In this document: positions 18,817-30,525 of the stretch, piece by piece
How positions within the stretch are numbered: the first letter of the stretch is position 1
How the letters are laid out: every line of letters starts with the position of its first letter
Assembly (NCBI GenBank): GCA_051745145.1
Contig: JBNJDT010000004.1
Location: forward strand, 13,698 to 77,697
Direction of reading: 5' to 3'
DNA: 64,000 bases
From: Elusimicrobiota bacterium
Lineage (GTDB): Bacteria > CG03 > SLGR01 > JAGXOG01
The notes under the pieces: model-generated
Seen by the model: the letters and a program-made list of their open reading frames with translations, nothing else
Told to the model about the DNA's origin: nothing
Databases searched by the model: none
Made by a program: the position numbers and the translations under genes

Positions 18817-21800
18817 TGCTTGTTTCAGATATTCCCGATAAAGAAAAGGATTTTTCAAGGTATAAAATCACTGAGGATCTGGATCCCCGTAAAGATCCGG
18901 ATAGTGAATTAAATCTTATCCGGGTTCAGCAAAGTTCCTACCGGGATTTCCTGCAGGTGGGTGTTTCCCCGCAGGAACGGGTGGATCAAGGACTTGAAAG
19001 TGTTTTCAGGGAAAAATTTCCCATTGAAAATACAGACGGCAGCATTAAGTTAAAATATGTAAGTTATAAAATTGAAGAGTCCAATTATACTTACGACGAA
19101 GCTGTTTCCAGAGATGTAACTTATTCTATGCCCATAAAGGTTAAATTCCGTCTCGAAGTTACTGAAGGAGAAAGAGAAAAACCCGAAATAAGAGAAGAGG
19201 AAATTTATCTTTTTGATATACCTAAGATGACCGAACGGGGAACTTTTATAATTAATGGTTCGGAGAGAGTTATTGTAAATCAAATTCATAAAGCTCCCGG
19301 AGTTTTCTTTGAAGAATTTGAAAAACAGTTAACCAGAAAATCCGGAAAAATAACCCGGGATGTATCTAATATCGGGAAGACTCTTTACGAGGGCAATTTA
19401 ACACCGTATAGGGGAACTAGGTTTAATCTGGAGTATGATCTGAGAAATGAATTGGCCACCCGGATATATCGGGGCCCTAATGCTAAATCTCCTAAAATTC
19501 CAGTTACTTTATTAATAGGCGCTTTAATGGACGAGGAAAAAGATAAAAATAAAATTGAAGAAATATTACGCCTGTTTTATAATTCCAAAACAATAAATCT
19601 GAGAAAAACAAAAAGAAAAGAAATACTGGATAAAATTTTAGTAGAGACCCCAAAATTACCTGAAAAGATAAAGAAAAAATATTTAAATGAGATTGTTTCA
19701 CAGATTCATACTATAAAGGTTAAACAGGAATTAGAAGAAAATGAATTGCAAGAATTTGATAAAATAGAAAAACTGTTAACTGAAAAGAAACAGTCTCTTA
19801 CAAGAGCGGCGCTTGAAAATCTAAAAGATATAATTTCGGAAAGTTCGCTCCGTCCGCCACTTAAGGCAGAATTGCAAAAAGCCAGTACGGATATGGAAAA
19901 AAGGATATACGGCATTATAGGAAAAGCTAATCAGGTGGTTGACGGTCAACTGTATGCAAACTGGAAGAAACACGGTATTAAAGAGGTGGAGCTGGTGGAT
20001 CCTAATCGTTGGAAAGAGGACAATACGATAAATGATTACACTATTCACTATACTTTAGATAAAGATCCTAAAGAGTCCAGATCAGGTTCTAGGACTTATA
20101 TATTTAAAAAGTATAATCCCGGACAGCCCCCGACAAAACCGGCAATAGATAAATTTTTCAATGATTTTTTCGAAAGATGTTTTTTAACTGAAGTTGGGCG
20201 TTATAAATTGAATAAGAAGTTCAGTATAATAAAAGACCGGGAAAAAATTGAAGAATTTCTGGGAGAAGATTTTGATCCCGAAAAGACAACTTTACAGCCT
20301 TCGGATATAATTAATTTTGTAAAATATATTATCGGTTTAAATAATGATGAAGAAGAGTACTATGTGGATGACATAGATCATCTTGAAAACCGGCGCGTAA
20401 AAACTGTAGGAGAACAGCTTTTAAAACAGCTGAAAATTGGTATAACCAGAGTTTCCCGCCGGATAACAGATAAGATGAATCGCTCGGATCCTGAAGAATT
20501 AACCCCAAATGAACTATTAAATCCGGCGGCTATAACCGCAGTAATAAATAGTTTTTTTGGTACCGGTCAATTATCCCAGTTTATGGCCCAGACCAATCCC
20601 CTGGCCGAATTAACTCATAAGAGAAGAACTTCGGCTCTTGGACCCGGTGGATTAACCCGTAGAACTGCAAAAGGCGGCGTCCGCGATGTTCACCACACGC
20701 ATTACGGAAGAATCTGTCCCATAGAGACGCCGGAAGGTGCCAACATCGGTTTAATTACTTCGCTGGCATTATATGCTAAAATAAATGATATTGGTTTAAT
20801 AGAGACCCCCTACAGAAAGGTGGAAGACGGCAAGTTAACCGGAAAAGTTGAATATTTAACCGCGGATGATGAAGATAAGTACGTCCTTGCACCCGCGAAT
20901 TTAGATATTGATGATGAGGGGAATCTGCCTGAAGGAAAAATAGTTGCCCGACATAAAGGTATAATTAAACAGTATAGTAGAGAAGAGATCGATTATATAG
21001 ATATTACTCCCAAACAGATAGTGGGAGCCTCAGCCGGTTTAATTCCCTTTTTAGAGCATGATGATGCTAACAGAGCCTTAATGGGGTCTAATATGCAGCG
21101 CCAGGCGCTTCCGCTGATGGTGACAGAACCTCCCATAGTGGCTACCGGCGTAGAAGAAACTGTAGCTAAAAATTCCGGGGTTATAATTTCCGCCCGCCGG
21201 GCCGGAGAAGTTGTCTATGTCGATGGTAACTTAATAGTTGTCTGGACCGGAGATAAAGATAAGAAAAAAATTGATCCCGATGAAATTGATACTTATAAAT
21301 TAAAAAAGCATCGTCAGAGCAATCAGGAAACTCATTATAATCAAGTTCCCGTGGTTTCAAAAGGAGATAAGGTAGAGCAGGGGGATGTCTTAGCGGATGG
21401 CCCGGCTACCGCTAACGGCGAACTTGCTCTGGGAAGAAATTTATTTGTTGCTTTTATGGCCTGGGAAGGGTATAACTTTGAAGATGCAGTACTTATATCC
21501 AGCAGGTTAGTTAAAGAAGATGTCCTTACTTCTATTCATATACATGAAGAAGAAGTTCAGGCCAGAGAACTCAAACTGGGAAATGAAGAGATTACCCGGG
21601 ATATACCTAATGTCGGTGAACACCAGCTCAGAGATCTGGACGAAAACGGAATAATTCGAGAAGGGGCGTATGTAAAACCAAAAGATATTCTGGTGGGAAA
21701 AGTTACCCCCAAGGGTGAGAAAAAGTATACCCCCGAAGTAAGATTGCTTAAAACTATTTTTGGAAAGAAAGCTGAAGAAGTCAAAGACACTTCCTTAAAA

Positions 21801-22865
21801 GTACCTCCGGGTGTTGAAGGGAAAGTCATAAAAGTAGAGACTTTTGAAAGAAAAAAGAGTATAACTAAAAAACGGCGGCGGGAATTGACGGAAGCCATTA
21901 ATAAAGAATTTGATGAAAAAATAGAAGAATTGAGAAGTGAAAACCGTTCCATAACTCAAAAGATGCTTCACAAAAAGAGAAAGGGAAAAATTACAGAAGA
22001 CGAATACGAAGATAAAAAATTTAAAAATAAAGTTTTACTTGAGTCCCTGATAGAGGATTTGGAAAAAGAAAGAAACCGGAAGTTAAAAAATATTGACAGA
22101 GGTAATGAACTGCCGGTAATGGTATCTAAAAAGGTAAAAGTACATATAGCCAGCCGGCGTCCGATTATGGCCGGTGATAAAATAGCCGGTCGACACGGTA
22201 ATAAAGGTATTATTTCTATGGTGTTGCCGGAAGAAGATATGCCCTACGATGAGAACGGCACGCCGGTGGATATAGTGATAAATCCGTTAAGTGTTCCCTC
22301 GAGAATGAATGTGGGACAGATATTGGAAACTCATTTGGGCTGGGCGGCAAATAAGGCAAACATAAAGACAGTAAACCCGGTTTTTGATGGGGCAAAAGAA
22401 TCAGAAATAAAAGAGATACTTGCTGAAAATAATTTAGCTCCGGAGGGTACGGCTAAGTTATACGATGGGCGTACGGGAGAAGTGCTGGGCGATAATATAA
22501 CTATCGGATACATGTATACTATGAAACTTGAGCATATGGCTGAGGATAAAATGCATGCCCGGGCAACCGGTCCGTATTCTCTTATAACCCGGCAGCCTCT
22601 CGGTGGAAAAGCTTTATTTGGCGGCCAGCGTTTTGGGGAAATGGAAGTATGGGCCTTAGAAGGTTATGGGGCCGCGTACCTGCTGCAGGAATTTCTTACA
22701 TACAAAAGTGATGATGTCGAAGGCAGAAATAAATTACATGAATCAATTTTAAAAGGAGAAGAAATTGATGAACCCGGTGTACCCGAATCTTTTAAAGTAC
22801 TTGTGAAAGAATTACAGGGTTTAGGGTTTAAGGTATTGCTAGAAAATAAAAAGGAACCAAGATAA
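18816..22865 (+). CDS. rpoB: RNA polymerase beta subunit
   Basis: GTFIINGSERV, HKRR.SALGPGG, DDANRALMGSNMQRQA, GDKIAGRHGNKG, GGQRFGEME. Confidence 0.99.
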   Translation: MLVSDIPDKEKDFSRYKITEDLDPRKDPDSELNLIRVQQSSYRDFLQVGVSPQERVDQGLESVFREKFPIENTDGSIKLKYVSYKIEESNYTYDEAVSRDVTYSMPIKVKFRLEVTEGEREKPEIREEEIYLFDIPKMTERGTFIINGSERVIVNQIHKAPGVFFEEFEKQLTRKSGKITRDVSNIGKTLYEGNLTPYRGTRFNLEYDLRNELATRIYRGPNAKSPKIPVTLLIGALMDEEKDKNKIEEILRLFYNSKTINLRKTKRKEILDKILVETPKLPEKIKKKYLNEIVSQIHTIKVKQELEENELQEFDKIEKLLTEKKQSLTRAALENLKDIISESSLRPPLKAELQKASTDMEKRIYGIIGKANQVVDGQLYANWKKHGIKEVELVDPNRWKEDNTINDYTIHYTLDKDPKESRSGSRTYIFKKYNPGQPPTKPAIDKFFNDFFERCFLTEVGRYKLNKKFSIIKDREKIEEFLGEDFDPEKTTLQPSDIINFVKYIIGLNNDEEEYYVDDIDHLENRRVKTVGEQLLKQLKIGITRVSRRITDKMNRSDPEELTPNELLNPAAITAVINSFFGTGQLSQFMAQTNPLAELTHKRRTSALGPGGLTRRTAKGGVRDVHHTHYGRICPIETPEGANIGLITSLALYAKINDIGLIETPYRKVEDGKLTGKVEYLTADDEDKYVLAPANLDIDDEGNLPEGKIVARHKGIIKQYSREEIDYIDITPKQIVGASAGLIPFLEHDDANRALMGSNMQRQALPLMVTEPPIVATGVEETVAKNSGVIISARRAGEVVYVDGNLIVVWTGDKDKKKIDPDEIDTYKLKKHRQSNQETHYNQVPVVSKGDKVEQGDVLADGPATANGELALGRNLFVAFMAWEGYNFEDAVLISSRLVKEDVLTSIHIHEEEVQARELKLGNEEITRDIPNVGEHQLRDLDENGIIREGAYVKPKDILVGKVTPKGEKKYTPEVRLLKTIFGKKAEEVKDTSLKVPPGVEGKVIKVETFERKKSITKKRRRELTEAINKEFDEKIEELRSENRSITQKMLHKKRKGKITEDEYEDKKFKNKVLLESLIEDLEKERNRKLKNIDRGNELPVMVSKKVKVHIASRRPIMAGDKIAGRHGNKGIISMVLPEEDMPYDENGTPVDIVINPLSVPSRMNVGQILETHLGWAANKANIKTVNPVFDGAKESEIKEILAENNLAPEGTAKLYDGRTGEVLGDNITIGYMYTMKLEHMAEDKMHARATGPYSLITRQPLGGKALFGGQRFGEMEVWALEGYGAAYLLQEFLTYKSDDVEGRNKLHESILKGEEIDEPGVPESFKVLVKELQGLGFKVLLENKKEPR

Positions 22866-22867
22866 TT

Positions 22868-25800
22868 ATGGCAGATCAGTTAAATTATAATAATTTTAAT
22901 GCAGTTCAGTTAATGCTTGCGGCGCCGGAAGATGTAAAAAGATGGTCTCACGGGGAAGTGAAAAAGCCGGAAACTATTAATTATCGTACTTTTAAGGCTG
23001 AGAAAGATGGTCTGTTTTGCGAGCGTATTTTTGGTCCTATGAAAGACTATGAATGTAACTGTGGAAGATATAAATATCCCCGGCACAAGGGCGTTGTATG
23101 CGAACGGTGCGGGGTTGAAGTTACCGAACGGGAGGTAAGAAGAGAGAGAATGGGCCATATCGAACTTGCTGTCCCCGTGGCTCACATATGGTATGTCAGG
23201 CAGCCTCCTTCGATGATAGGGCAGGTTCTTAATCTTAAAAGAAAATATGTAGAGCAAGTTAATTATTACGCATCTTATATAATAACCGAGGTAACTAATA
23301 ATAAGATAAGATGTCAGGGTAAAAGAGTAGCAGCTCATGATGTAACTTTTTTTAATGAGCGGAAAAATATTTCTGTAATAGATGCCGCGGTATATAACAG
23401 ACTTCAAAACGGCCTTATGCGCCTGGCGGACCTATATGAAGATTTTAAAGAAAGTCTTGAACGCGGAGATATGGATTTTATAAAGGAATTTGTAAGAGAG
23501 ACTTATGAAGAACCTCTGTATGGCGAACAGGAAAAAGAAAATGCTGTCAGTATTTATAAAGTTGACAAAATCCAGAAAATTGTTAATTCCTATACTCAGA
23601 AATTAGTTCAGTTTGACATTGCTCTTAAAGATAATATCGAATTTGAAATTGATAAAATTCGGGAAAATGAGATTGAAAACTCAGATGAAGGAGATGCCCG
23701 TCAGATTTATTCTAATTTACTTGACGGGTATGAAAATAGCGAATACGATAATTTCGAAGAATTAATAAAAACCTTAAAACAGGTAAGTTCCAGGGATGCG
23801 GATAAGTACAACTGGGAATTAATTCTTGAAGAAGTGGATGATTTTATCCAAAACCGAGAAAAAATTAAGAAAAATGCTATTAAAAAACTAAAGAAAGTCG
23901 CTAAAAAAGTAGATAAAGTTATAAAAGAAGAACCGGAATTTAAAGGTAAAATCGGCGGTGAAGCTATCTATGATTTATTAGTTAAAGTGGATATAAAAAA
24001 AGTAGCTAAAAAGATCCGCAAAGATATAGAATCTCCAAAGGGCGGTAAAGGAAGAAAAGCCCGCCTGCGTCGCCGGCTCAAAATAATTGAATATTTTATC
24101 GATTCTGACAATGAACCGCAGAATATGATGCTTAAAAATGTACCCGTAATTCCTCCGGATTTAAGGCCTCTGGTGCCCCTGAAAGGCGGAAAATTCGCTT
24201 CCTCGGATTTAAATGATCTTTACCGGAGAATAATTAATAGAAATAACCGGTTAAAAAATATTATGGAAATGGGAGCTCCGGACGTAATGCTTCACAATGA
24301 GAAGAGACTTCTCCAGGAATCAGTTGATACTTTGATACAGAATGGAGCCCGCAATAAAACTGTCCGGGGAGCGGGAAGAAGACCGTTAAAATCATTATCT
24401 GAAAATATTAAAGGCAAACAGGGTAGATTTCGCCGTAATCTTTTAGGGAAGAGAGTAGATTATTCCGGACGGTCGGTAATAGTTATCGGTCCCCATTTGA
24501 ATTTAAATCAGTGCGGTATACCCAAAGAGATGGCCCTGGAGCTTTTTAAACCCTTTATCTTAAGGGATCTTATAAAGAAAGGATTTTCAAGTAACGTTCG
24601 ATCGGCCCGGCGCCGGTTAGAAAAACAGGGTCCCGAAGTTTTTGATATACTTGAAGAGATAATTCAGGATCACCCTGTTCTTTTAAACCGTGCTCCTACT
24701 TTACATAGATTGGGAATTCAGGCTTTTGAACCAGTTTTAGTAGAGGGTAAAGCTATACAGCTCCATCCTTTGGTCTGTCCCGGTTTTAATGCTGATTTTG
24801 ATGGTGATCAGATGGCTGTTCATGTTCCCATATCTCCGGAAGCATGTATGGAAGCAAAAATGATGCTTTTATCTGTGAATAATATTATATCGCCGGCTCA
24901 CGGAAATTTGATAGCCAAACCCTCTCAGGATATAGTTATGGGATGTAACTATCTTACACGGAAAAAACGTGGGGTACCCGGTGAAGGATTAATTTTTAAC
25001 GGGAATCAGGAAGTTGAGCATGCCTATCAATGCGGCAAGGTGGATCTTCACGCCCGGATAAAAGTGAAGGGTATAAATAAGATAAGAGAGGCCGAGGACT
25101 GGGATAAAGAAGATTTTGAAGACCCGGATGTTTGGGAAGATTATACAACGGTGGGAAGAGTTATATTTAATTCTTACCTGCCTGAGAGTATGGAATACGT
25201 AAATAAAGCGATTACCAAAAAAGGACTGACGGAATTAATAGAAAATAATTTCTGGGAAAATGGCAAGTACAGTACTGTTAGATTACTGGATACGGTAAAA
25301 AAACTAGGATACAAGGAGGCAACTTTAGGGGGCGTCTCTTTAAGTATGGAAGATATGCATATACCCAATAAGAAACAGGAAGTGCTTGACAAAGCTCAGA
25401 AAAAAGTTGAGAAAATAAAACAGAATTTTCAGATGGGTGTAATAACCGAAGATGAAAGATATAATAATATCGTAGATATATGGAGTCATGTTACGGATGA
25501 AGTAGCTGACCAGATGCTTGAGGAGATTAATGAATATGATAAACGCAAATACGATGAGGAAGGTCCTAAATTTAATCCTATTCAGTTAATGGCATCGTCA
25601 GGTGCTCGAGGTTCACTGGATCAGATCCGTCAGCTGGCGGGAATGAGGGGGCTTATGAGTAAACCCCAGATCGGTAAAGATGAAGCCGGTGAAGTTATTG
25701 AACATCCGATTAAATCTAATTTCAGAGAAGGTTTATCTGTCTTAGAATATTATATTTCTACTCACGGTGGAAGAAAAGGTCTTACGGATACGGCTTTGAA

Positions 25801-27565
25801 AACTGCCCAGGCCGGCCATCTGACCCGGAGATTAATAGATGTTTCCCACGATGTGACAATAGTAGAAAAAGATTGCGGTACGGCCGGGGGTATTGATGTA
25901 AGGCCCATCAAAGATGAAGAGACGAACGAAGTAATAGAAAGTTTTTCAGAAAGAGTTCAGGGGAGAGTGAGTCTGGATACTATTGTAGATCCTATAACTG
26001 ATGAGATTCTCGTTGAAGATGGGAAATTAATTGATAGGGAAGCTGCCAAAAAAATTGAAAAGAGTGCGATAACAGCAATAACAATCAGGTCTCCCTTAAC
26101 CTGCGAGTCAAAAGACGGAGTATGTAGTAAATGCTACGGAGCGGATTTATCTACCGGAAAAATGGTAAGACCGGGACTGGCAGTGGGAATAATAGCTGCC
26201 CAGTCCATTGGAGAACCCGGAACCCAGTTAACTTTAAGAACATTCCATGTCGGGGGTACGGCTTCTGAAGTGGCTCAGGAGAGAGATTTGACATCCCCAT
26301 ATGACGGAGAAGTCAGATACGACAATATAAAAACTATTGAAAATGAAGACGGGGATACATTAAATATTGCCCGCAAGGGAAAAATTGAAATTAAAAAAGA
26401 AAAGGGCGAAAGTAATGTCTATGACATTAGATACGGAGCCATACTTCACAAGGATAAAGGCGAAAAAGTCAAAAAGGGTGAAAAGATTGCCGAATGGGAT
26501 CCGTTCTCATCTCCAATAATTGCTGAACACAGCGGAAAAATTGAGTACAAAGATATAGTACCCGGGATAAATGCAAAAGAAGAGAAAAACCCCAAAACCG
26601 GCGAATCAGAATACGTAATTGTGCCTTATATCGGCGGTGGTAAGAAATCCCGCGGAGGAAAGAAAAATTATTATCCCCGTATAGAGCTGAACACCGATGA
26701 CGGTAAAACAGTCAGGTATCCCCTCCAGGTTGACATGCTGGTTACTTTAAAGGAAGAAAATGATGTCAAAAAAGGTGATATACTGGCCAGAGTTCCTTTA
26801 AAAGTTATTAAGACCCGGGATATAACCGGGGGATTGCCCAGAATTGTAGAGCTTTTTGAAGCCCGTCCGCCTAAAAACAGCGCGGTTGTTACAGAAATTT
26901 CCGGCCGGGTATCAATAGACCAGAAAAAACAGGGTGGCAAAAAGTCCGAGGCCATGGTAGTTAAAGTGGATCCGGAAGCAGAAAATGTAGCTGCCCGGGA
27001 ATACAAAATTCCGCCGGGTAAACATCTGGAAGTTTATGACGGCACTATGGTGGATGCTGGAGATACTTTAACCGACGGTGCAGTAGATCCGCATGATATT
27101 TTAAGAGTGGGAAGTCACAAAAATATTCAGGAATTTTTAGTTAACGAACTGCAGAGTGTATACAGACTGCAGGGAGTTGCTCTGGATGATAAACATCTGG
27201 AAGTTGTAATCAGTCAGATGCTTTCTTTTGTACAGATTACTGATAGTGGAGATACAACATTCCAGGAAAAAGAAGTATTGCCCAGTAAAATAGTGGAGAG
27301 AGTTAACAGGAAGATGGAGAAACAGGGTAAAAAACCGGCCGCTAAAAAGCCAAAACTGCTGGGAATTTCTAAGGCTTCTTTAAATAGTGAAAGTTTTATT
27401 TCTGCGGCATCTTTTGAAAGAACGACAAGTGTCTTAACTGATGCTGCGGCAGAAGGTAAAGTGGATTACCTTAAAGGTTTAAAAGAAAATGTAATTGTAG
27501 GAAAATTAATTCCGGTGGGAACCGGCTTATTTGCAAGAAGGGAGCAGGAAAATGCCAACAACTAA
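22868..27565 (+). CDS. rpoC: RNA polymerase beta' subunit with lineage-specific insertions
   Basis: N-terminal Zn finger, NADFDGDQM catalytic motif, [13 protein letters not shown]. Confidence 0.99.
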   Translation: MADQLNYNNFNAVQLMLAAPEDVKRWSHGEVKKPETINYRTFKAEKDGLFCERIFGPMKDYECNCGRYKYPRHKGVVCERCGVEVTEREVRRERMGHIELAVPVAHIWYVRQPPSMIGQVLNLKRKYVEQVNYYASYIITEVTNNKIRCQGKRVAAHDVTFFNERKNISVIDAAVYNRLQNGLMRLADLYEDFKESLERGDMDFIKEFVRETYEEPLYGEQEKENAVSIYKVDKIQKIVNSYTQKLVQFDIALKDNIEFEIDKIRENEIENSDEGDARQIYSNLLDGYENSEYDNFEELIKTLKQVSSRDADKYNWELILEEVDDFIQNREKIKKNAIKKLKKVAKKVDKVIKEEPEFKGKIGGEAIYDLLVKVDIKKVAKKIRKDIESPKGGKGRKARLRRRLKIIEYFIDSDNEPQNMMLKNVPVIPPDLRPLVPLKGGKFASSDLNDLYRRIINRNNRLKNIMEMGAPDVMLHNEKRLLQESVDTLIQNGARNKTVRGAGRRPLKSLSENIKGKQGRFRRNLLGKRVDYSGRSVIVIGPHLNLNQCGIPKEMALELFKPFILRDLIKKGFSSNVRSARRRLEKQGPEVFDILEEIIQDHPVLLNRAPTLHRLGIQAFEPVLVEGKAIQLHPLVCPGFNADFDGDQMAVHVPISPEACMEAKMMLLSVNNIISPAHGNLIAKPSQDIVMGCNYLTRKKRGVPGEGLIFNGNQEVEHAYQCGKVDLHARIKVKGINKIREAEDWDKEDFEDPDVWEDYTTVGRVIFNSYLPESMEYVNKAITKKGLTELIENNFWENGKYSTVRLLDTVKKLGYKEATLGGVSLSMEDMHIPNKKQEVLDKAQKKVEKIKQNFQMGVITEDERYNNIVDIWSHVTDEVADQMLEEINEYDKRKYDEEGPKFNPIQLMASSGARGSLDQIRQLAGMRGLMSKPQIGKDEAGEVIEHPIKSNFREGLSVLEYYISTHGGRKGLTDTALKTAQAGHLTRRLIDVSHDVTIVEKDCGTAGGIDVRPIKDEETNEVIESFSERVQGRVSLDTIVDPITDEILVEDGKLIDREAAKKIEKSAITAITIRSPLTCESKDGVCSKCYGADLSTGKMVRPGLAVGIIAAQSIGEPGTQLTLRTFHVGGTASEVAQERDLTSPYDGEVRYDNIKTIENEDGDTLNIARKGKIEIKKEKGESNVYDIRYGAILHKDKGEKVKKGEKIAEWDPFSSPIIAEHSGKIEYKDIVPGINAKEEKNPKTGESEYVIVPYIGGGKKSRGGKKNYYPRIELNTDDGKTVRYPLQVDMLVTLKEENDVKKGDILARVPLKVIKTRDITGGLPRIVELFEARPPKNSAVVTEISGRVSIDQKKQGGKKSEAMVVKVDPEAENVAAREYKIPPGKHLEVYDGTMVDAGDTLTDGAVDPHDILRVGSHKNIQEFLVNELQSVYRLQGVALDDKHLEVVISQMLSFVQITDSGDTTFQEKEVLPSKIVERVNRKMEKQGKKPAAKKPKLLGISKASLNSESFISAASFERTTSVLTDAAAEGKVDYLKGLKENVIVGKLIPVGTGLFARREQENANN

Positions 27566-27920
27566 TCAACTAGTAAAAAAAGGTAGAAAAAAGGTTAAGA
27601 AGAAGAAAACCACTCCCGCGCTCCAGGGGTGTCCTCAAAAAAGGGGAGTCTGTATAAGAGTTTTTACCTCTACGCCTAAAAAACCAAATTCCGCACTGCG
27701 GAAAGTGGCCAGGGTAAAGCTTACAAATGGTATGGATGTAGCAGCGTACATCCCCGGAGAAGGCCATAATTTACAGGAACATTCTATAGTATTAATCAGA
27801 GGCGGTAAAGTGAAAGATCTTCCGGGAGTCCGGTACCACGTGGTGAGAGGAACTCTGGATTGCGCCGGTGTAGAGGGAAGAAAACAGGGAAGGTCAAAAT
27901 ACGGGGAAAAGAAAACATGA
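27552..27920 (+). CDS. rpsL: 30S ribosomal protein S12
   Basis: [26 protein letters not shown]; start moved to ATG 27552. Confidence 0.98.
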   Translation: MPTTNQLVKKGRKKVKKKKTTPALQGCPQKRGVCIRVFTSTPKKPNSALRKVARVKLTNGMDVAAYIPGEGHNLQEHSIVLIRGGKVKDLPGVRYHVVRGTLDCAGVEGRKQGRSKYGEKKT

Positions 27921-28372
27921 ATACCTATCAAAACGATGAAAATAAGGAAATTTCTATAGAAGAAGTAAGGGAAAGATTAATAAAAAAATTAATGTGGGAC
28001 GGCAAGAAAAGTCTGGCTATAGATATATGTGATGAAGCTTTGGAAATTGCCGGCAAAGAACTCGATTGCGAACCCCTAGAGGCCCTGGAAAAAGCTATAG
28101 AAAAAGTAAAACCTCTTTTGGAAGTTAAATCCCGCAGGGTAGGGGGAGCTACTTATCAGGTGCCGGTAAAGGTTACCCAGCTTAGGGGAGTTCAGCTTTC
28201 TATAAGATGGTTGGTAGGTTTTGCCAGAAGCTCTAAAGGCATTTCGATGGCTCAAAGTTTGGCAAATGAGTTAATTAATGCCGCCAAAGGGCAGGGAGCT
28301 GCAATAAATAAAAGAGAGACGATACACAAAATGGCCAAGGCGAATAAAGCCTTTGCCCATTATAGCTGGTAA
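27917..28372 (+). CDS. rpsG: 30S ribosomal protein S7 (atypical N-terminus)
   Basis: [37 protein letters not shown] overlap with rpsL. Confidence 0.95.
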   Translation: MNTYQNDENKEISIEEVRERLIKKLMWDGKKSLAIDICDEALEIAGKELDCEPLEALEKAIEKVKPLLEVKSRRVGGATYQVPVKVTQLRGVQLSIRWLVGFARSSKGISMAQSLANELINAAKGQGAAINKRETIHKMAKANKAFAHYSW

Positions 28373-28433
28373 ATGGATTTTAATGGTAACAGAGACTAAG
28401 AGACGTAATAATATAATTGGAAAAGAGAAGGGA

Positions 28434-30488
28434 ATGGATTTAAATAGACTAAGAGATATAGGAATAATTGCCCATATTGACGCCGGGAAGACAACTGTAA
28501 CCGAGAGGATTTTGTTTTACAGTGGTAAAACGTATAAGATGGGGGAAGTACATGACGGTACTGCGGTGATGGACTGGATGAAACAGGAACAGGACAGGGG
28601 TATAACTATTACTTCCGCTGCTACTACATGTAAGTGGAAAGACGGTATTATTAATATAATAGATACGCCAGGACATGTGGATTTTACTGTTGAAGTTGAG
28701 CGGTCCCTCAGAGTATTAGATGGGTGTGTGGTTGTTTTTTGTGGTGTAGGGGGAGTAGAAGCTCAATCCGAAACGGTCTGGAGACAGGCTGACAGATATT
28801 CCGTTCCCCGGATAACTTTTATAAATAAACTGGACCGGGTGGGGGCTGATTTTGAAAGAGTACTGGGGGAGATAGAGGAAAAATTAAAAACTGACATAGC
28901 CATACCCATACAGTTGCCCATAGGCACCGAGGATAATTTTAAGGGAATAGTAGACCTTATTGAAATGAAGGCTTATTATTACAAGGATGAATCGGGGAAA
29001 AAAGTGGAAAAGGAAGAGATCCCCGGTGATTTGAAGGAAAAAGCTGTAAAAATAAGAGGAGAACTTCTCGAAAAAGTAGCTGATCTTAACGATGAAATTA
29101 TGGAAAAGTACCTGGAAGAAAAGCAGGTACCCACCAAACTTTTAAAGAAAGTAATAAGAGAGGGGACGGTAAATCACAGGATAGTACCTGTTTTGTGCGG
29201 ATCTGCTCTTAAGAATAAGGGGGTACAGTTATTGATGGATGCAATAGTAGATTATCTGCCTTCGCCTCTGGAAGTTAAGCCGGTAAAAGGGACAAATCCC
29301 GAAACCGGGGAAAAAGAGATAAGAAAAGCCGATGCAGACGGGCCGTTTTCCGCGCTTGTATTTAAAATAATGGCCGATACTTATGTGGGGCGGTTAGTAT
29401 TTGTGAGGGTTTACTCGGGTACCCTGGAAAAAGGGGATTACGTCTATAATTTGACCCAGGATAAAAAGGAGAGGATTTCCCGGATACTGGAAATGCATGC
29501 TGAAACCCGGAAGGATAAGGATAAACTGGAGGCCGGTCAGATAGCTGCCATCATAGGCCCTAAAGATACGGCTACGGGTGATACACTGTGTTCTGAAGAA
29601 GATCCTGTATTGCTGGAATCTATGCAGTTTCCCGATCCTGTTGTTTCCATGGCCATTGAAGCAAATAATAAAGAAGCCGAAGAAAAACTTCTTGTGGCTT
29701 TAAATAAAGTTATTACTGAGGATCCTTCATTGCAGTTAAGTGTAGACCAGGATAGCGGACAGAGTATTATTCAGGGTATGGGGGAATTGCATCTGGAAGT
29801 GGTTATAAACAGGTTAAAAGAGGAATTTAATATAGATTGCCGGGCTTCGGAACCGGTAGTTACCTATAAGGAAACTATTACTAAAAAAACGGAAGTAGAG
29901 GAAAAGTATGTAAAACAGTCCGGTGGACGGGGCCAGTACGGGCATGTTGTAATAGATATAGAACCCGAAAAATATAATGAGGGTTTTGAATTTATAAATG
30001 AAATCCGTGAAGGTCGAATTCCCAAGGAGTTTATACCCGGCGTTGAAGAGGGGATAAAGGACACTTTGACTCACGGAAGTTTGGGCGGGTTTGAAGTTAC
30101 AGGTATAAAAGCGACTTTAAAAGACGGTTCTTTTCACGAAGTTGATTCATCTAAAATGGCTTTTAGGATTGCCGCCTCCCGGGCTATGCGGCGAGGTCTT
30201 AGTCGAGCAAAGCCTATATTACTTGAACCTATTATGAAAATTAATATAATAGTGCCTAATGAACATCTCGGGGAGGTCCTTGAAGATTTTAATTCCCGCC
30301 GGGGGGAGATCAAAGAATTATTGAGTGAAGAAGACAACAATATAATTAACGGCGAAGCGCCGCTGGCAGAGATGTTTGGATATGCATCAGCTCTTAGATC
30401 GGCGAGTCAGGGAAGAGCTACATATTCCATGGAACCATCTAAGTTTGCGAAGGTTCCAAAACAGATTTCAGAGAAGATTTTAGATTAA
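28434..30488 (+). CDS. fusA: Elongation factor G (alternative start ATG 28383)
   Basis: [39 protein letters not shown]. Confidence 0.97.
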   Translation: MDLNRLRDIGIIAHIDAGKTTVTERILFYSGKTYKMGEVHDGTAVMDWMKQEQDRGITITSAATTCKWKDGIINIIDTPGHVDFTVEVERSLRVLDGCVVVFCGVGGVEAQSETVWRQADRYSVPRITFINKLDRVGADFERVLGEIEEKLKTDIAIPIQLPIGTEDNFKGIVDLIEMKAYYYKDESGKKVEKEEIPGDLKEKAVKIRGELLEKVADLNDEIMEKYLEEKQVPTKLLKKVIREGTVNHRIVPVLCGSALKNKGVQLLMDAIVDYLPSPLEVKPVKGTNPETGEKEIRKADADGPFSALVFKIMADTYVGRLVFVRVYSGTLEKGDYVYNLTQDKKERISRILEMHAETRKDKDKLEAGQIAAIIGPKDTATGDTLCSEEDPVLLESMQFPDPVVSMAIEANNKEAEEKLLVALNKVITEDPSLQLSVDQDSGQSIIQGMGELHLEVVINRLKEEFNIDCRASEPVVTYKETITKKTEVEEKYVKQSGGRGQYGHVVIDIEPEKYNEGFEFINEIREGRIPKEFIPGVEEGIKDTLTHGSLGGFEVTGIKATLKDGSFHEVDSSKMAFRIAASRAMRRGLSRAKPILLEPIMKINIIVPNEHLGEVLEDFNSRRGEIKELLSEEDNNIINGEAPLAEMFGYASALRSASQGRATYSMEPSKFAKVPKQISEKILD

Positions 30489-30525
30489 TTACATATGTAT
30501 TTTACGATGAAGGAGGAAAAATAAG

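Noticed and set aside
23290..23935. Intein in RpoC
   Set aside because: No C/S-start and HN-C/S/T end motifs and no LAGLIDADG blocks; better explained as a lineage-specific insertion
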